Shown piece by piece: positions 26,050 to 39,567 of a stretch of DNA of 64,000 bases. Origin of the DNA: the human T2T-CHM13v2.0 reference genome, Homo sapiens. How positions within the stretch are numbered: the first letter of the stretch is position 1; each line of letters starts with the position of its first letter. The notes below the pieces were generated by a model that saw nothing but the letters and a program-made list of their open reading frames with translations, did not search any database and was not told the DNA's origin. A program made the translations under genes and the position numbers. The DNA lies in assembly GCF_009914755.1 (NCBI RefSeq), contig NC_060935.1; one strand, given 5' to 3'.

Positions 26050-27960
26050 GTAAAGCGTAAAAATCATTACCATTTCTAATGCTGTTCATTTCTTCATGTG
26101 GACCTAAATTTCCTTCTAGTATTGTTTTTCTTCAACCTAAAGCACTTTCTTTAACATTTCTTATGGTGCAGTTCTACAAATTATTTCAATTCTTCCTTTT
26201 CTAAAAATGTTTTCATTTTGTCTTTATTTTTGAAGGATATTTTAGCCAGATGTGAATAAAATAGAATAGTTATACCTATAGAACAGAATAGAATACAGAT
26301 TTAGATAGGTCTAAATGTTGAATTGAATACAGCTTTATTTACAGATATAAAGTTATTTTTTTCCTTTCCTTTTAGCATTAAGAAAACTTTATTATCTTTT
26401 GACTTGCATTGTTTATATTAGAAATCAGTAATAATTCCTATCTTCATTCATTTCTCTATGTATTATGTCCTCTTCCCTCTCTGGCTGCTTTGAAGATAGT
26501 TTCTTTGTTATTGGTTTTCAGCAATTTTATTAAGTTATGCCTTGGTGTGTGTTTTTGTGTTTATCCTTCTTGAAATTTATTGTGTTTTATGGATCTGTGG
26601 TTGATGCTTTTCATTGAATTGAGAAAATATCCAGTAATTAATTCATCAAATTGTATCCTTTCCCATCTCCCACCTCCTTTCCTTCTGGGAGTCCAATTAC
26701 CACTTAATGTTGTTCCATAGTTTATGGAGGCTCTGTTAAATTTTCGAGCCTTTCACTTTAGTGTGGATAGTTTCTGATGCAATGTTAAGTTCATTAACCT
26801 TTTATTCTGCAATATCTAATCTTCTGTTAACCCCATCCAGTACATTTTTAATTTCAGAAGTTGCATTTTTAAGATTTAGAATTTCCTTTTGTTTTATTTT
26901 TATAATTTCCATCTGTCTCCTCATTGTGGTCATGTTTTCCTTTAAATCCTTGAACATATTTATAATAGGTATTTAAAGTTCTTTTTCACTCTTCCATCAT
27001 TTCTCTTATATCTGGGTCTGTTCTAGTGACTTAGTTTTGTACAGGTTATGGGTCATATTTTCCTGCTTTGCAGGCCAGTAATTTTAAAATTATATTCTGG
27101 ACAATGTGGATGCTAAATATTTGAGAGTTCAGATTTTGTTGTCTCCCTTTAAAGCATGTTGAGTTTTGAGCTTTATTATTATAGATAGCTAATTTTCTGT
27201 AAGATCAGATTTATCCTGTAAAGACTTAAAAAAATCTTTATTAGGGTGGGACTAGAAAACTCTTTACTGTTAGGCTAATTTAAACCTATAGTTCATCATA
27301 CATTAGATTATAGTACCATATTATACCAGATTATAATATCTTATTTTTACTGTACTTTTTCAATTTTTAGATATACAAATACCACTACATTACAGTTGTA
27401 TACAGTAGTCAATATAGTGACTTGCAATACAGGTTGGGAGCCTAGGAGCAATAGGCTATTCCATATCACCTAGGCTATACCATCTAGGCTTATATAAGTA
27501 CAGTCTATGATGTTTGTACAATGAAAAAATTGCCAAATGATGTATTTCTCAGAATGTGTCTCACTCATTAAGAGATGAATGACTGTACTTTGAAGCTGTG
27601 GCCTTTTGGGGTCTCTGTGACATATTCTTGATATTCTGTCAGGTCCACTACTCTGGAGAACTCAAATGTCTCCCATCCCTGTGCAAGCTCCTATAATTTT
27701 TCAGCTTATAGCACTCCAGCAGTTGTCCTTTCCCTGACTTTGTGAAGTCTCACTCTATGCATGTCAGCTTAATATTCCATCAGAGACTCATAGGACCCCA
27801 TGCAGATTTATAGCACTCTTCCACCAAGTAGCTTTCTGCTTTCCAGTAGTGTTCCCCACAAACTTTTGTTGTCTCAGCCTCACTGAGATCTGACCTCTGT
27901 CACCTCTGTTCAGTGAGGCTACTGTATTCTGCTTGTGCTCTTCATATCTTCACTGAGGTT
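26050..27960 (-). mobile_element. old L1M ORF1/5' region fragments
   Basis: 'ttttgaaggatatttt', 'ctctctggctgctttgaagat', 'aatcttctgttaaccccatccag', 'ggaccccatgcagattt'. Confidence 0.7.
27290..27586 (+). mobile_element. Tigger3-family DNA transposon fragment
   Basis: 'gcctaggagcaataggcta...ggctataccatctagg...atttctcagaatg...cattaagagatgaatgactgta'. Confidence 0.85.
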
Positions 27961-28399
27961 AGGAAGGGCAAGGCATTTTTATTGACTCCCATTTTACAAC
28001 TGTGGATGAGAGGTGCTAACAATGCCTCTTAACTGAGCAACTTAGAAGAGGCACTGAGGGGCGAATAGAAAAGCACAGGGAAATGTTGCAATTCCTTTTC
28101 CCTGATCCACCCATGGGATTGAGGTTGCATTCAGAAAATGGGCAGGAGGTAGATTCCTTTGGCCCTGCCCCAAGAAGGACCAATCTCATTAACCCCGGAA
28201 GAATAACCAGGCTCCCTGGGCACACTGAGAGACGCTGTCTCAGAGGTTATGTGATCATTATTTTCAGCTTGGAGAAGAAACCATCTTTAAAGCACTCACT
28301 TCCCCTGAAAATATTTTTTATTTCTGATCTACAGATGAGGGCAAACACAAAGCTTTAGGGTTAATGGTTCTGAGTACATCAAGACAGAGATGGTTCATT

Positions 28400-28560
28400 A
28401 AGCATTATAATAATGACCACACATTGAGTGTTTGCTACATGGCAGGCTTGTGCTAAGTGTCTGACTTGCATTATTTCATTCAGTCTCTAAAACAACCCAA
28501 TGAGGTGAGAACTGTCCCTATTCCTAGCTTACAAATGAGAAAACTGAAGCTCAAAAGGGG
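28400..28560 (-). mobile_element. MIR
   Basis: 'aacaacccaatgaggt...ttacaaatgagaaaactgaagctca'. Confidence 0.8.
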
Positions 28561-28837
28561 ATAAGAAGGGCGAATATTAATCTTCTTTAAGACAAATGAG
28601 AATGAGGAAGATGCTGAGAGGTGCCTTTCTGATTGGAGAGAAGTGCTGACTTGGGATGCTGTGCCACCATGAGCACATTGCTTGACCTCTCTGGGCATCA
28701 ATTTCTTAATATGCCAAGTGAGAGAACTATATTAGATAAGCCCTTCTGAACAACTTTCTATATTTCAGTATCCTCCTCTCTCCATAAAATCAGATCCTAA
28801 ACATTTCTCAATTTCCTACCTTATAATTCTTAATTTA

Positions 28838-28858
28838 CCTGCCACCAGAGGGCCCTGT
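28838..28858 (+). promoter_or_regulatory. candidate CTCF site
   Basis: CCACCAGAGGGC at 28842-28853 matches the CTCF core CCASYAGRKGGC. Confidence 0.6.
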
Positions 28859-28954
28859 GCAGGGGAGTTTTCACGCAACATAGGTTTTCCTCAGTTTTAA
28901 AGCATGGCCTCTATAGAATAGGCTCTCAATAAAAAAATCTGTTGATATAAGTAG

Positions 28955-29160
28955 GAGACCAGGTGATGTAGTGGTGGAGGAATAAAAAAATTAGGGTTCT
29001 GGGTTCTCATTCGTCTGCCAAGTGGCTGTCAGATGCGTCACACAGCCTCTTTGGGCTTCCATAACTCTTTCTGTAAAATGGAAATAATGGAGTTATTAGG
29101 AGAAATGAAATAGTATCAGATATTTAAAAGCACCTTGAAAAGTATAAAATGCTGCATAAA
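28955..29160 (+). mobile_element. MIR
   Basis: 'ggtgatgtagtgg...ctgggttctcatt...ctgtaaaatggaaataat'. Confidence 0.7.
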
Positions 29161-29639
29161 TATGACAGATAAAGAAATACGTCTATGAAAACCAAGACTT
29201 TCTTTCTTTTACTCACTTGTCCACTACCCGTTTTTGTACTGTCTCCCCAACACCTTAACATCATAGAGTTATTACCAAGGGCCCCTAAATGTGTTTGCCG
29301 ACATGGTGAGGGCTGCTTTCCTTCCTAGATATTAATGCAGAGGCAGTTTTTATCCTGATTAGCACAATTCTAGGCAGGGGTGGTGGTGCTCATGGATTGG
29401 CCAGCAGTTGTATATCATGATTGGGGCTGAGATCTGGGATGTATCCAAATTCAAATTTATGCTATGATGGGGGAATTACATATGCCCTTAGGGGTGCTTA
29501 TTTTCAGTCCCTGGCATTTATCACGCCCCCTCCCCCAACCACTCTAGAACTTGCACCTCTCTCTGGGGAAACCAGGGAATTTGCTCTGACAGCACCAACT
29601 GGTCAGGGCCTTCACTGTCCCTTGATAAACCACATGTCT

Positions 29640-29916
29640 GGCCAGGTGTGGTGGCTCATGTCTGTAATCCCATGGGAGGCCGAGGTGGGCAGATCATGAG
29701 GTCAGGAGTTTCAGACCAGCCTGACCAACATGGTGAAACCCCATCTCTACTAAAAATACAAAAATTAACTGGGCCCAGCTACTCAGGAGGCTGGGACAGG
29801 ATAATTGCTTTAACCGGGGAGGTGGAGGTTGCAGTGAGCCAAGATCGCACCATTGTGCTCTAGCCTGGCAACAGAGCGGGATTCCGTCGCAAAAAAAGGA
29901 AAAAAAAATAAAAAAA
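29640..29916 (+). mobile_element. AluS with two internal deletions
   Basis: 'tgtaatccca|tgggagg' and 'aactggg|cccagctact' each skip Alu consensus bases. Confidence 0.95.
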
Positions 29917-30132
29917 ACCACGTTCCTCAGTGGCACCTCTTTCTTACTGCTTTTCCAGTTAACAAGAAGTAGTAGTCTTGGAATTTAGAAACACTTAACT
30001 CATAAATACGGCTTCTGTACTTTCTAGTCCAAGAATATAGACCTCTACATTTTTGCTATATTGAAATATATTCTGCTAAGATTATATTATCCTCTTCCTC
30101 TTCTAGATTGCCTCACAATAGATGTCAAATTA

Positions 30133-30890
<758 letters not shown>

Positions 30891-33800
30891 TAATTTAATG
30901 GGTCTTTTAGGGAGTATCCCATCCGAATACATGTTTATCCAAAATTTAAACTTTCTTTTCCTTTCAAGGTGGCGATTTGTGGCCATTTCTGCTGTCCCAG
31001 GTCCCGGGCTGACCCTTTACTGAGGTCTGTGCTTACTCTTGCTAACTTTTTACATTTCTCCATATTAAATTTACAGCTTATATCAAGCCCGCTTGTTTAA
31101 ATTTTTTTTCTGTTCCCACTGTTCTCATGTTCCTTCACAATGTATGCAATTACATGAACTGCCTTTGAAAGCAAGATTAGATTTTAAATCTTGTGATTAA
31201 CCTTTCACATTGCGAGACTGCCAGCTCCAAGTTCCTTGAGCAATTTTCTTGTTTTGTTGTGGACTAATTTCTCTATTTCATCTCTCCTGCTGTGTGTTAC
31301 TTTGCAACTTGATTCTTGGCTGCATAGGCCCTGTTGGGAGAATTTCTTGTCTTGGTTCATTTCACCAAATGACTCTTCTGCACAAAACCAAACAAATCTG
31401 TAAATGTGGAGAACACCATGTAAATCTGCCAGAGTATCGAAGTGGCTATCAAAGTTGCAAAGTTTTTGTTATTTTGATATTTTGCATACAAGATCTTAGA
31501 AGAGGAAGTTTTTAAAGTTTACTGAAAATACAAATTACATATATTTATGTATGGAAAATTTTCTAGAAAACAACTTAGCTTTAAACTGGAACATTAAATT
31601 AGCAGTCTTTTTGAACCTATAAAATGCTGAGTTTTAGGACTACATTTGTTAAGTATTTTTATCACAATTTTTTAATTAAAGAAACTATTTTGAGTGTAGA
31701 AGAGAACTTTAGCATTTTAGAGTTCAATAGAAAATTATTTTGCCAGTTACCCAACAAAAATGGAGAAAGTTTGTATTTTAAAATATTCACAAAATACATT
31801 CCTTCAGGAAATAATTTATGGCTGGCCTTATAAGTAAACAAGATATTTGATATGTCAAAGTATTTTATTAAGGTAATTTCTAACAATACTTGATTTCCTG
31901 GAAGTTAAAATGAAACTGACATGAATAAATAATAAGTATTTAGACCAATGAAAGAGATTTATTTATAGTAATTGGTTATAGGAAACATCCTAGGCATGAA
32001 ATTAATTCAGTCCCAATCTGAAAACCCTGATAGCATTAAAATGGATGTTTAATGTGTTATTAGTTAATGATATTTCATCTGAGGACCTTATCAAGTTGCA
32101 CACAGCAAAGCTCTTGTCATTATTTTTTACTCTCCCAAAGTGACACTTTAATGAAATGTGTCAGCACACCAGTGTTAGGATACGTTTCATTAATGCCCAG
32201 CACTTTTGTTCTATTCTTTACATTTGGAAACAGATTTAAGTATTAAGTGCCTCTAATGTCTGCAGCCAGGGAATCCTTTCCGAATTTGTAACAGTGACCA
32301 GAACAGACCGCATTACACTCTCCAAATGGTGCGGTTTTGCATTTGAATGTCTGAATTATCCCGGTTTCTTAGAGACGACCACAACACCAACATCTTAAAT
32401 CCTCAAAATACTGTCCGCTTCATTGAATGCTCGTGATCTAAGCATATGTGTAATTATTCTGTAATTCTCCCCAAAATGTGATTCCTTGGAAATGCATACT
32501 AGGTTTCCCCTATTGTAAATCCGATGACTATTTCTTTGTGGCCACTTCTTTAAATACGGTAACAAGCAAGTCTGTGTGTCTGGGTGAACCGCCTTGATAA
32601 TGATGATTTCTTCCCAAGCTCTCCTTGGGACACCCATCAGGGGAAATATGCCTTTCATTTGTTTAAGGGTAGAGACCATGGTCACAAAAAGACCATTTAA
32701 GATAGTATACATTACAACTAGAGGATTTCTTGCCAGAAATGGGCCTAATGTCACTCACAATAGCCTTAGAAATAGTCTTAGATAGTTTAGAATTTGCAAA
32801 TGTTACCAGAACCAGCTGTGGTAATCCATGGCTGCATATAGATTTTAGAGAAGAATAGAATCCCGTGCCTCTTAAAACAGCTTTGGATGTGGTCAACTGT
32901 GGAAAATTAAAACATACACTTTTAAAACTGACAGCTGGAAAGGAAAAGGGGGAGGAGACAGTAGAAAGGAGACTTAGGGTAGTATATTAACCTCAGTTTT
33001 ATTTTAAAGTTTTGCATACTCTTTGGGAAAACTCATTGGTGGCAACTTTCCCAGGGAACAGCCTAAGCGTAGAGTGATTACAAAGTGTAAGTGAGATCCT
33101 GCGTGTGAAGTCCTTTGCAAATTGTTAATGCACCATTCAAATGTTTCTGGGCTGTTGTTATTACAACCCATCATTAACTCCAGTATGTGTTGTTTAATTT
33201 GGCCTCTTGGTTTAGCAAAGTGTAGTGGGTCTGTGGGTGTTTACTGATAAACGCAAATGACCACAGAGTAGGAGTAAAGGAAAGTCAGCTTGCAGGGAAG
33301 TCAGCTTGCAGGGTCATAGCTAGGCTGTGAATAATTTGATGATCACTCTGAAGCAGGTGTTTGCATTGAGTAATTCCTTGTCTTAACATAATTTTGCAAA
33401 TTGCTTGGCTTTTACAGCCCATATCGCTCCCACAGCACCATTGCTAATGGTAGCTTTAAAAATGATTTCAGCCTCAAGTGAGCTTGAAGTTTTCAAGTCC
33501 ATCATGTTTACTTGTTTGTTTTTTGGTGACTGTATTTTTAGAAATTTGGAATCTGGGAGAAAATATTGTGACGAGGAAAAATCAGTCTTATCAATTATTT
33601 AAAAGAAAAATTGCATTTTAAAGTTTGGATGAAGGGAAATATTTTAAATTTTTTCAAAAACACACAAGCAACAAGTGAAGAAATGAAAATATTGGCAGAG
33701 GGAAGATAGCAGCTGCTAGGGAGAGAAGCAGCCTCAATGTTTAGAGATATGTCCTCTGTACTTGCCAGTCTCTCATGAGTGATACCTTGGCTGAGTTTCC

Positions 33801-34739
33801 ATTTACTCTCCATTTGAGTTTAGAAAAGACCACTTTTAAGTTGGAAATTGATTTTAGAAATTTAAAAGAAATGAAAGAAATAACTTAAAAAACCCGGGAC
33901 CCACTCTGTTGCTTGGAGATTTGGTTCACTTCCCAAGGAAAGACTGATGTATATAAATAAGCAAAGGATGTCTGTGTTTTTTATGCCTATTTTTTAAAGT
34001 ACTGTCCTGTATCATTTATCTAGACATCATTTATTTGCCAATCTAAAAAGAAAATAAAGTTAACGAGGATTCTGAGTAACCAAAATATATGTCCCTAAGT
34101 CTGCTCACTAATTTTATGACCCTCAATACTCACTCAGAACCTACTTACTCTTACATTACAAATGCTTCTAACAAACATGAGTATCTGCTTCCCCCGCACA
34201 TACAGATTAGAAACAGCATAGCAGATGGGAAACAAATAAAGAGAAGATCTCAGACATACTGGGAGCAGCAAGAAATAAGAGCCGACAGCTTGATTGCGCA
34301 GGGAGAGACAGAAAATCCATATAAAGCAAACATAAAACTATAAAAGCTTAGCAGTCTAGAGCAGTTCAGGGTTTTACGATTTACCAATCCCAGAAGGTCT
34401 CACTGTATTATAGCACAGAATAAAAACTGATGCTTATAATTTTGAGTCATCAAGAAACTATTAAATGTTATTGTGTGCCTGACCTTCAAATGTATATTTA
34501 GAATAATTTTCACTGAAATGTGTTAAAGTTAAGATAAAAGTCTTTGGGCTTAAAGGAGCTCACCTTTAGGTGTTTGGAAATTCGGATTTATGTGGAGATC
34601 ATTTCTTTCTCCATAATGCCAAATTGGTGCATGAAAATTGCCCGTGCTTTGAGGGCATAGCCAAATGTTCTTACTCAAGTGGAATTTTATAGCTAGAATT
34701 CTTTCTGTAGTGAGACAGCTGTTATAACAAGGGAAACTA

Positions 34740-34860
34740 CACTAAATGAAAATCAGAAGAGTTTCATACTCTCTGCCCTACTACTGAAATGCTGGGTGAT
34801 CGGGACAGTCAGCCACTCTCTGATTCTCAGTTTCCTCATCTATTCATTGGGGTTCACAGA
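34740..34860 (+). mobile_element. MIR
   Basis: 'ctctctgattctcagtttcctcatcta'. Confidence 0.65.
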
Positions 34861-36249
34861 CCCCATTCAGTTTCACAAACTATAATTTTTTAAAAAAATA
34901 GTAGCTCAGTGAATTATAGGTGATTCTCTTTGTGCTTGATACAGAGCTGAATCACACAGACTACCTTCCATTTTGTGGGGATTAGAGGGACTAATCTCAA
35001 AGTTTGCCCTCATCAGCATCCTGCTGAGATATTCTTAAATGACTCTAAAAGGAGCCTACAGTGTTAATGATCTTGATCTCTTAGTGGCGAGAAGAGAGGA
35101 GATTTTTAACTTCTGTCTTTATGCTTTTCTTGTATTTTCAACATTTCTAAAAGAAATATGCATTACTTTTGAAACACATCCATAAAAGCTGCATTTAAAA
35201 TATAGACACGGAAGAACAAAACTTGAGACCTAAGGCCTTCCAAATGCTAGGTCTTAAAGCAAAGTAGGTTTAAACTATTAATAGAAGGTGGATAATGTTG
35301 CATCTCAGAAGCAGGACATCTACTCTGAGAGATATCACTACAACTACTATTTCTGCCACAGGCAGATCTCTCAAAATCAGTGGCAATTTTTCAGACTTGA
35401 AGAATAAAAGTAGCGTCTGGTAAACCAGGAGAATATGGCATTAAAAGAAAAATCTCCAAACAACTACTCGTAACACTGGGCTCCCAACTGCACTCTGTCT
35501 TCTAGATTGTTATGGGAAAATATCCTCCTTGCCAAAAGTAATCTCACTGTGATTTGTCACCTGCCAACTGATAAGGAAGGAGCATTTTTCTAAACTTTGA
35601 ATCTCTGGCTACTGTCCCTAGGATCATTTTCCTGTACAATTGTTATAAAATATGCAGCCTGCAAGAAACCTGTCTAAAAATATTGGAGAGATAGAAAATG
35701 ATCCAGAAGGCTGAGGAAGCTCTGAATGTTTAATGTCCTGGGGAAACTGGCTGCCCATACACTGACAGCAATTTGGAAACAGGTCGATTATGACTCAGGA
35801 AAATGGGCCTGGCCTGGGCAGCCCCAACTTGGCAACAGCTTGTGGGGAGTAAATCCTCTCACTGAAGGTTTTGCTTAATCTGAATAAATTCAATTTCAAA
35901 ATCTGCCCTTGATCTAAGCTCCTTAAGCTTCTGCAAAGGACTAAGGACCTTCAGGGTCAATGCCAATAACAAAAGATAGGAAAAATTCACCCTTTCTCAT
36001 ATCTCACTGCTGTATTCTATAAGCTGTTAACTCACTGCAAAAAAAAAAAAAAAATAAAGTTTCCTTTCAATAAAGTTGTCTTTGGAGAATCTGTGTCCTT
36101 TATTTTAAAGGTAAGATTCAGTGCTTCCTTTTTGGATGTTCGACATGTTTAGTAGTAGGAATGCTGGACACAATATTAGGAGACCTGTGTTATAGTCCTG
36201 AATGTACCAACAGTGGATTTCAGCAAAGCAATTGCTTTGGACTTCCAGA

Positions 36250-36545
36250 CATATTTTTCTCTTAACTGTGGTCCTTGCAAGATGTGTTTGTAGAAGTGCT
36301 TTTTCCAAGGGTGAAATGAATGTGAGTAAACAAGCTTGGGAAACACACCAGACCACGTGCCTACTTGGACATTCACAGCGTGCATTAGCATGCTAAAGGC
36401 TCTGAGAAGTCCTGTAGTAGAGAAACTTTTTCAAATGTTTTCAACCCAGCGTTTTCCAAACTTCCTTGCTAAACCATGAAGCTTCTTTTGTGTGGTAATT
36501 CCTACTGTGAAACTAGCATCCTATGAACATATTCTGAAAATGCCT
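36250..36545 (+). mobile_element. MER103C-like hAT-Charlie element
   Basis: 'attcacagcgtgcattagcatgctaaaggctctgagaagtcctgtagtagagaaac...aacccagcgttttccaaactt'. Confidence 0.8.
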
Positions 36546-36724
36546 GGGCTGACAATGCCTGTGGTCTTGCATCTGGTCTACATTTTGGCAGTTACATGAT
36601 TGTACAGTATATATATTTAATAGAAGACATGATCAAGATCTTTCACATTGCTGATGGCTTAAGGTTGGGGAGATACAATTAATTCATTGGATTAGGAAAT
36701 TAGGATCCAAAACTACTCAGCATT

Positions 36725-37208
36725 TGTATTAGTTCGTTGTAGCTGCTGCGACAAATTATACAAACGTGGTGGCTTAAAACTACAGAAATGTATTCTCTCA
36801 CAGTACTAGAAGCTGGAAACTGAAATCAATTGCACTGAGCCAAAATCAAGGTGTCAGCAAGGCTGTACTCCATCTAGAGGCTCCAGGGGAAAATCTCTTC
36901 CTTGTCTCTTCCAGCTTCTGGTACCTCTTGGTATTCTTTGATTTATGACAGCATGATTCCAACATGTGCCTCCCGGGTCACATTGCCCACACCTCTTCTT
37001 TCTGTGTGCCAAATCTCCTGCTGCCTCCCCCTTATAAGACATTTGTGATGGCATTTAGTTCCCACCCAGATAATCTAGGGTCATCTCTTCATCACATGAT
37101 CCCTAAATTAATCACATCTGTAAAGACCCTTTTCCAAATTAGGTAACATTACAGGTCCCAGGAATTAGGTCCTGATATCTTTGGGTTGCCATTATTCAGC
37201 CTACTACA
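36725..37208 (-). mobile_element. MLT1 (C/D-type) solo LTR
   Basis: TG...CA ends ('tgtattagtt' ... 'attcagcctactaca'); 5-bp TSD GCATT at 36720-36724 and 37209-37213. Confidence 0.92.
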
Positions 37209-37529
37209 GCATTGTAAAGCCAGGAGTCGGATCTGACAAAGTTAAATATTTCAGGCATAAATGTGAAGTCCTGTACTTGGGCAAGATAAAACAAAAAAAA
37301 AAAATGTGCAGATATGGCTAGAAGATGTACCTGATTTATTTTTTTAAAAAACTATTTATTGATACCGAGTTTTGCCAGGCACTGAACCGGGGACCTTAGC
37401 AGTACCAGGACTGAAAAAGATGGAAGTCAATGAATCACTAGGATTGTGTGGTCATCTGTAAAAATGCAATATGATGTAGAGTTATTACCCAAGTTCCAGG
37501 TTTATAAAAGGCCCCTTACACAGGCCATA

Positions 37530-38062
37530 AAAGCAGTGTTATATAATAGTTACAAATTCATTTCAGGGTATGAGTCCCAACCCTATCATGTAACAACTGT
37601 GTAAACCTAGGCAAGTTATTTATTCTTCTTAGCCTTAGATTTCTCATCTGTAAAATGGAGATAATAATAGTACCCACCTCATAGAATTGTTATGAAAATT
37701 AAGTGAGATAAGGCCTTTAAAAATCTTAGCACAGGAGGGGTGCAGTGGCTTCCACCTGAAATCCCAGCATTTTGGGAGCCCGAGGCAGATCACCTATGGT
37801 CAGGAGTTCCAGACCCATCTAACCAATATGGTGAAACCCCATCTGTACTAAAAATACAAAATTAGCCAGGCATGGTGGCACATGCCTGTAGTCCCAGCTA
37901 CTTGGGAGGCTGAGGCAGGAGAATCACTTAAACCCAGGAGGTGGAGGTTGCAGTGAGCCTGGGCGACAGGAGCAAAACTCCGTTTCAAAAAAAAAAAAAA
38001 AAAAAAAAGTCTTAGCACAATGCCTGGCTGATAGTAAATGTTTAATATATCTTGGCTATTAT
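37530..38062 (+). mobile_element. MIR split by an Alu
   Basis: 'tctcatctgtaaaatggagataataatagtacccacctcatag' resumes after the Alu as 'cttagcacaatgcctggc'. Confidence 0.88.
37734..38008 (+). mobile_element. AluS (Sq/Sp-like) with a ~25 bp right-arm deletion
   Basis: 'gtgagcc|tgggcgac' joins across AGCC microhomology; TSD TCTTAGCACA on both sides. Confidence 0.95.
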
Positions 38063-38599
38063 GGCAATGATCACAATTATAAGGTTAGAGATTCTGGGAG
38101 ACCCCCAAAGGAGTAGGAGCAGTATGATAGCAGTTAGCAGTCTGAGCCATGGCGTGTGAGAATTACTGAAGGAAGTGAGTGCCTGGAGATCCATCTTCAA
38201 ATCCACAAAGCATCATCATGAGAAAGAGCAAGCTGGCTTTTTCTGCATGGCTGCAGGGAGCTGACCTGGGATCCATTTGTAGAAGGTACAGGGGGAGAGT
38301 TTCCAGCTCAATCAAAGGAGAGTCTGAGTCTACCAGCATTGGATTAGATTTCTTCAGAAAGTGAGTTTCTCATCACAGAGAGAGTTCAAGCAGAGATGAG
38401 GCAGTTGATGGTCAGGAAGCCTATGGAGTCCATTTCTCACCTCAGAATCGGCTTTATTATCTATCTCCCCCAATAGAACTTCTGCCCCATGAGAGATCAT
38501 ATGGCCTGTTTAATGCCTGATACATAGTGAGTGTCCAAAAAGGAATGAACGAATGAATGAATGAATAGTAAGCACTAAAGAACTACAGTGCCGCATGAT

Positions 38600-39170
38600 T
38601 CAATTGAACTAAGTTTAGGGAAGATTTGAGGGTTAGCCTGTGCCAGGCATAGTGCCAGGCACAGTCTGAAACTCAACACATGACGGTAAAGTGCTAAGGA
38701 AACACCTGCAACTAAAACACGTGACAGTAAGTGCTAAGTAGGTTAACAGAGGTGAGCACAAAATGCCATAGAAGACACGGGAAGAAGTTGTTCATTCTAC
38801 CTGGTTCCTGGGGATAGAGAGGGTATAACATTTTCACTGGGTCTAAAAGGATGAATGAGGTTTTACCTTTGGCAAAATCAGGGAAGGGGAGTGGAGCTGA
38901 GAAGACAGTTGAGGCAGAGGGAATTCCATGGGCAAAGGCATGGAGGTGTGAATAACAAGCCACGTTTGGGAGAAGGCAAGACAGTCTAGATCTGGAACAG
39001 GTGGCAGGTGTTGACTAGAGATGGAGCTGGCAGCACAGGATATAATCAGATTATGAAATGCCTTGGAAGGTACACTGAGAAACCTAGTCTTCGTCTTGAG
39101 GGCAGTAGGGAGGCCGGGAAGGTTTGGGAGCAGGAGACTCTGTTGTGGAAACTTTGTGACAACCTGCTGA
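38600..39170 (-). mobile_element. L2
   Basis: 'gaggcagagggaattccatgggcaaaggcatggaggtgtga', 'cttgagggcagtagggagg'. Confidence 0.8.
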
Positions 39171-39364
39171 ATCACAATTGTGGAGCTAGGATTGATTTGA
39201 TAACAAAGGGCCTCCTGCCTCAACATTTCTACCATCAGTCTGCCACAGACTCCGAAATGCCCTCTAGGATTACTCCTAGAAATGAAGAAACATGCAAATA
39301 TATAATTCTGTGATTCAGTGTAGCAATGTGTTACCTTTAACACCCATTGGTCATGAACATGGGA

Positions 39365-39567
39365 CAGGATTTCTCGACCTCTGGGATGCTGACAGTATTT
39401 CTTGTGGGAACTCTTCTGTGCATTGTAGGATGTTTAGCAGTATCCCTAGCCTCTATCTACTAGGTACCAGTCACATTGTCCCCTGTCCCCCAGTTGTGAT
39501 GACCAAAAATGTCTCCAGACATTCCCAAATGGCCTTTGGGGCAAAATTGCCCCAGTGAGAACCACTG
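39365..39567 (+). mobile_element. MER20 hAT-Charlie element
   Basis: 'ctgtgcattgtaggatgtttagcag...gttgtgatgaccaaaaatgtctccagacatt...gagaaccactg'. Confidence 0.92.

Larger units (their letters stand above)
36620..38420 (+). mobile_element. L3/CR1 remnants split by MLT1, MIR and Alu
   Basis: 'ataaatgtgaagtcctgtacttgggc', 'tttccagctcaatcaaagg', 'gtgagtttctcatcacagagagagttcaagcagag'. Confidence 0.5.

Noticed and set aside
32395-32754. 119-aa minus-strand ORF in unique sequence
   Set aside because: It has a non-ATG start, no recognisable domain and no clear exon boundaries, and its length is compatible with chance.
38843-39343. Longest ORF in the track (166 aa)
   Set aside because: It largely overlaps a decayed L2 and has no recognisable protein similarity.
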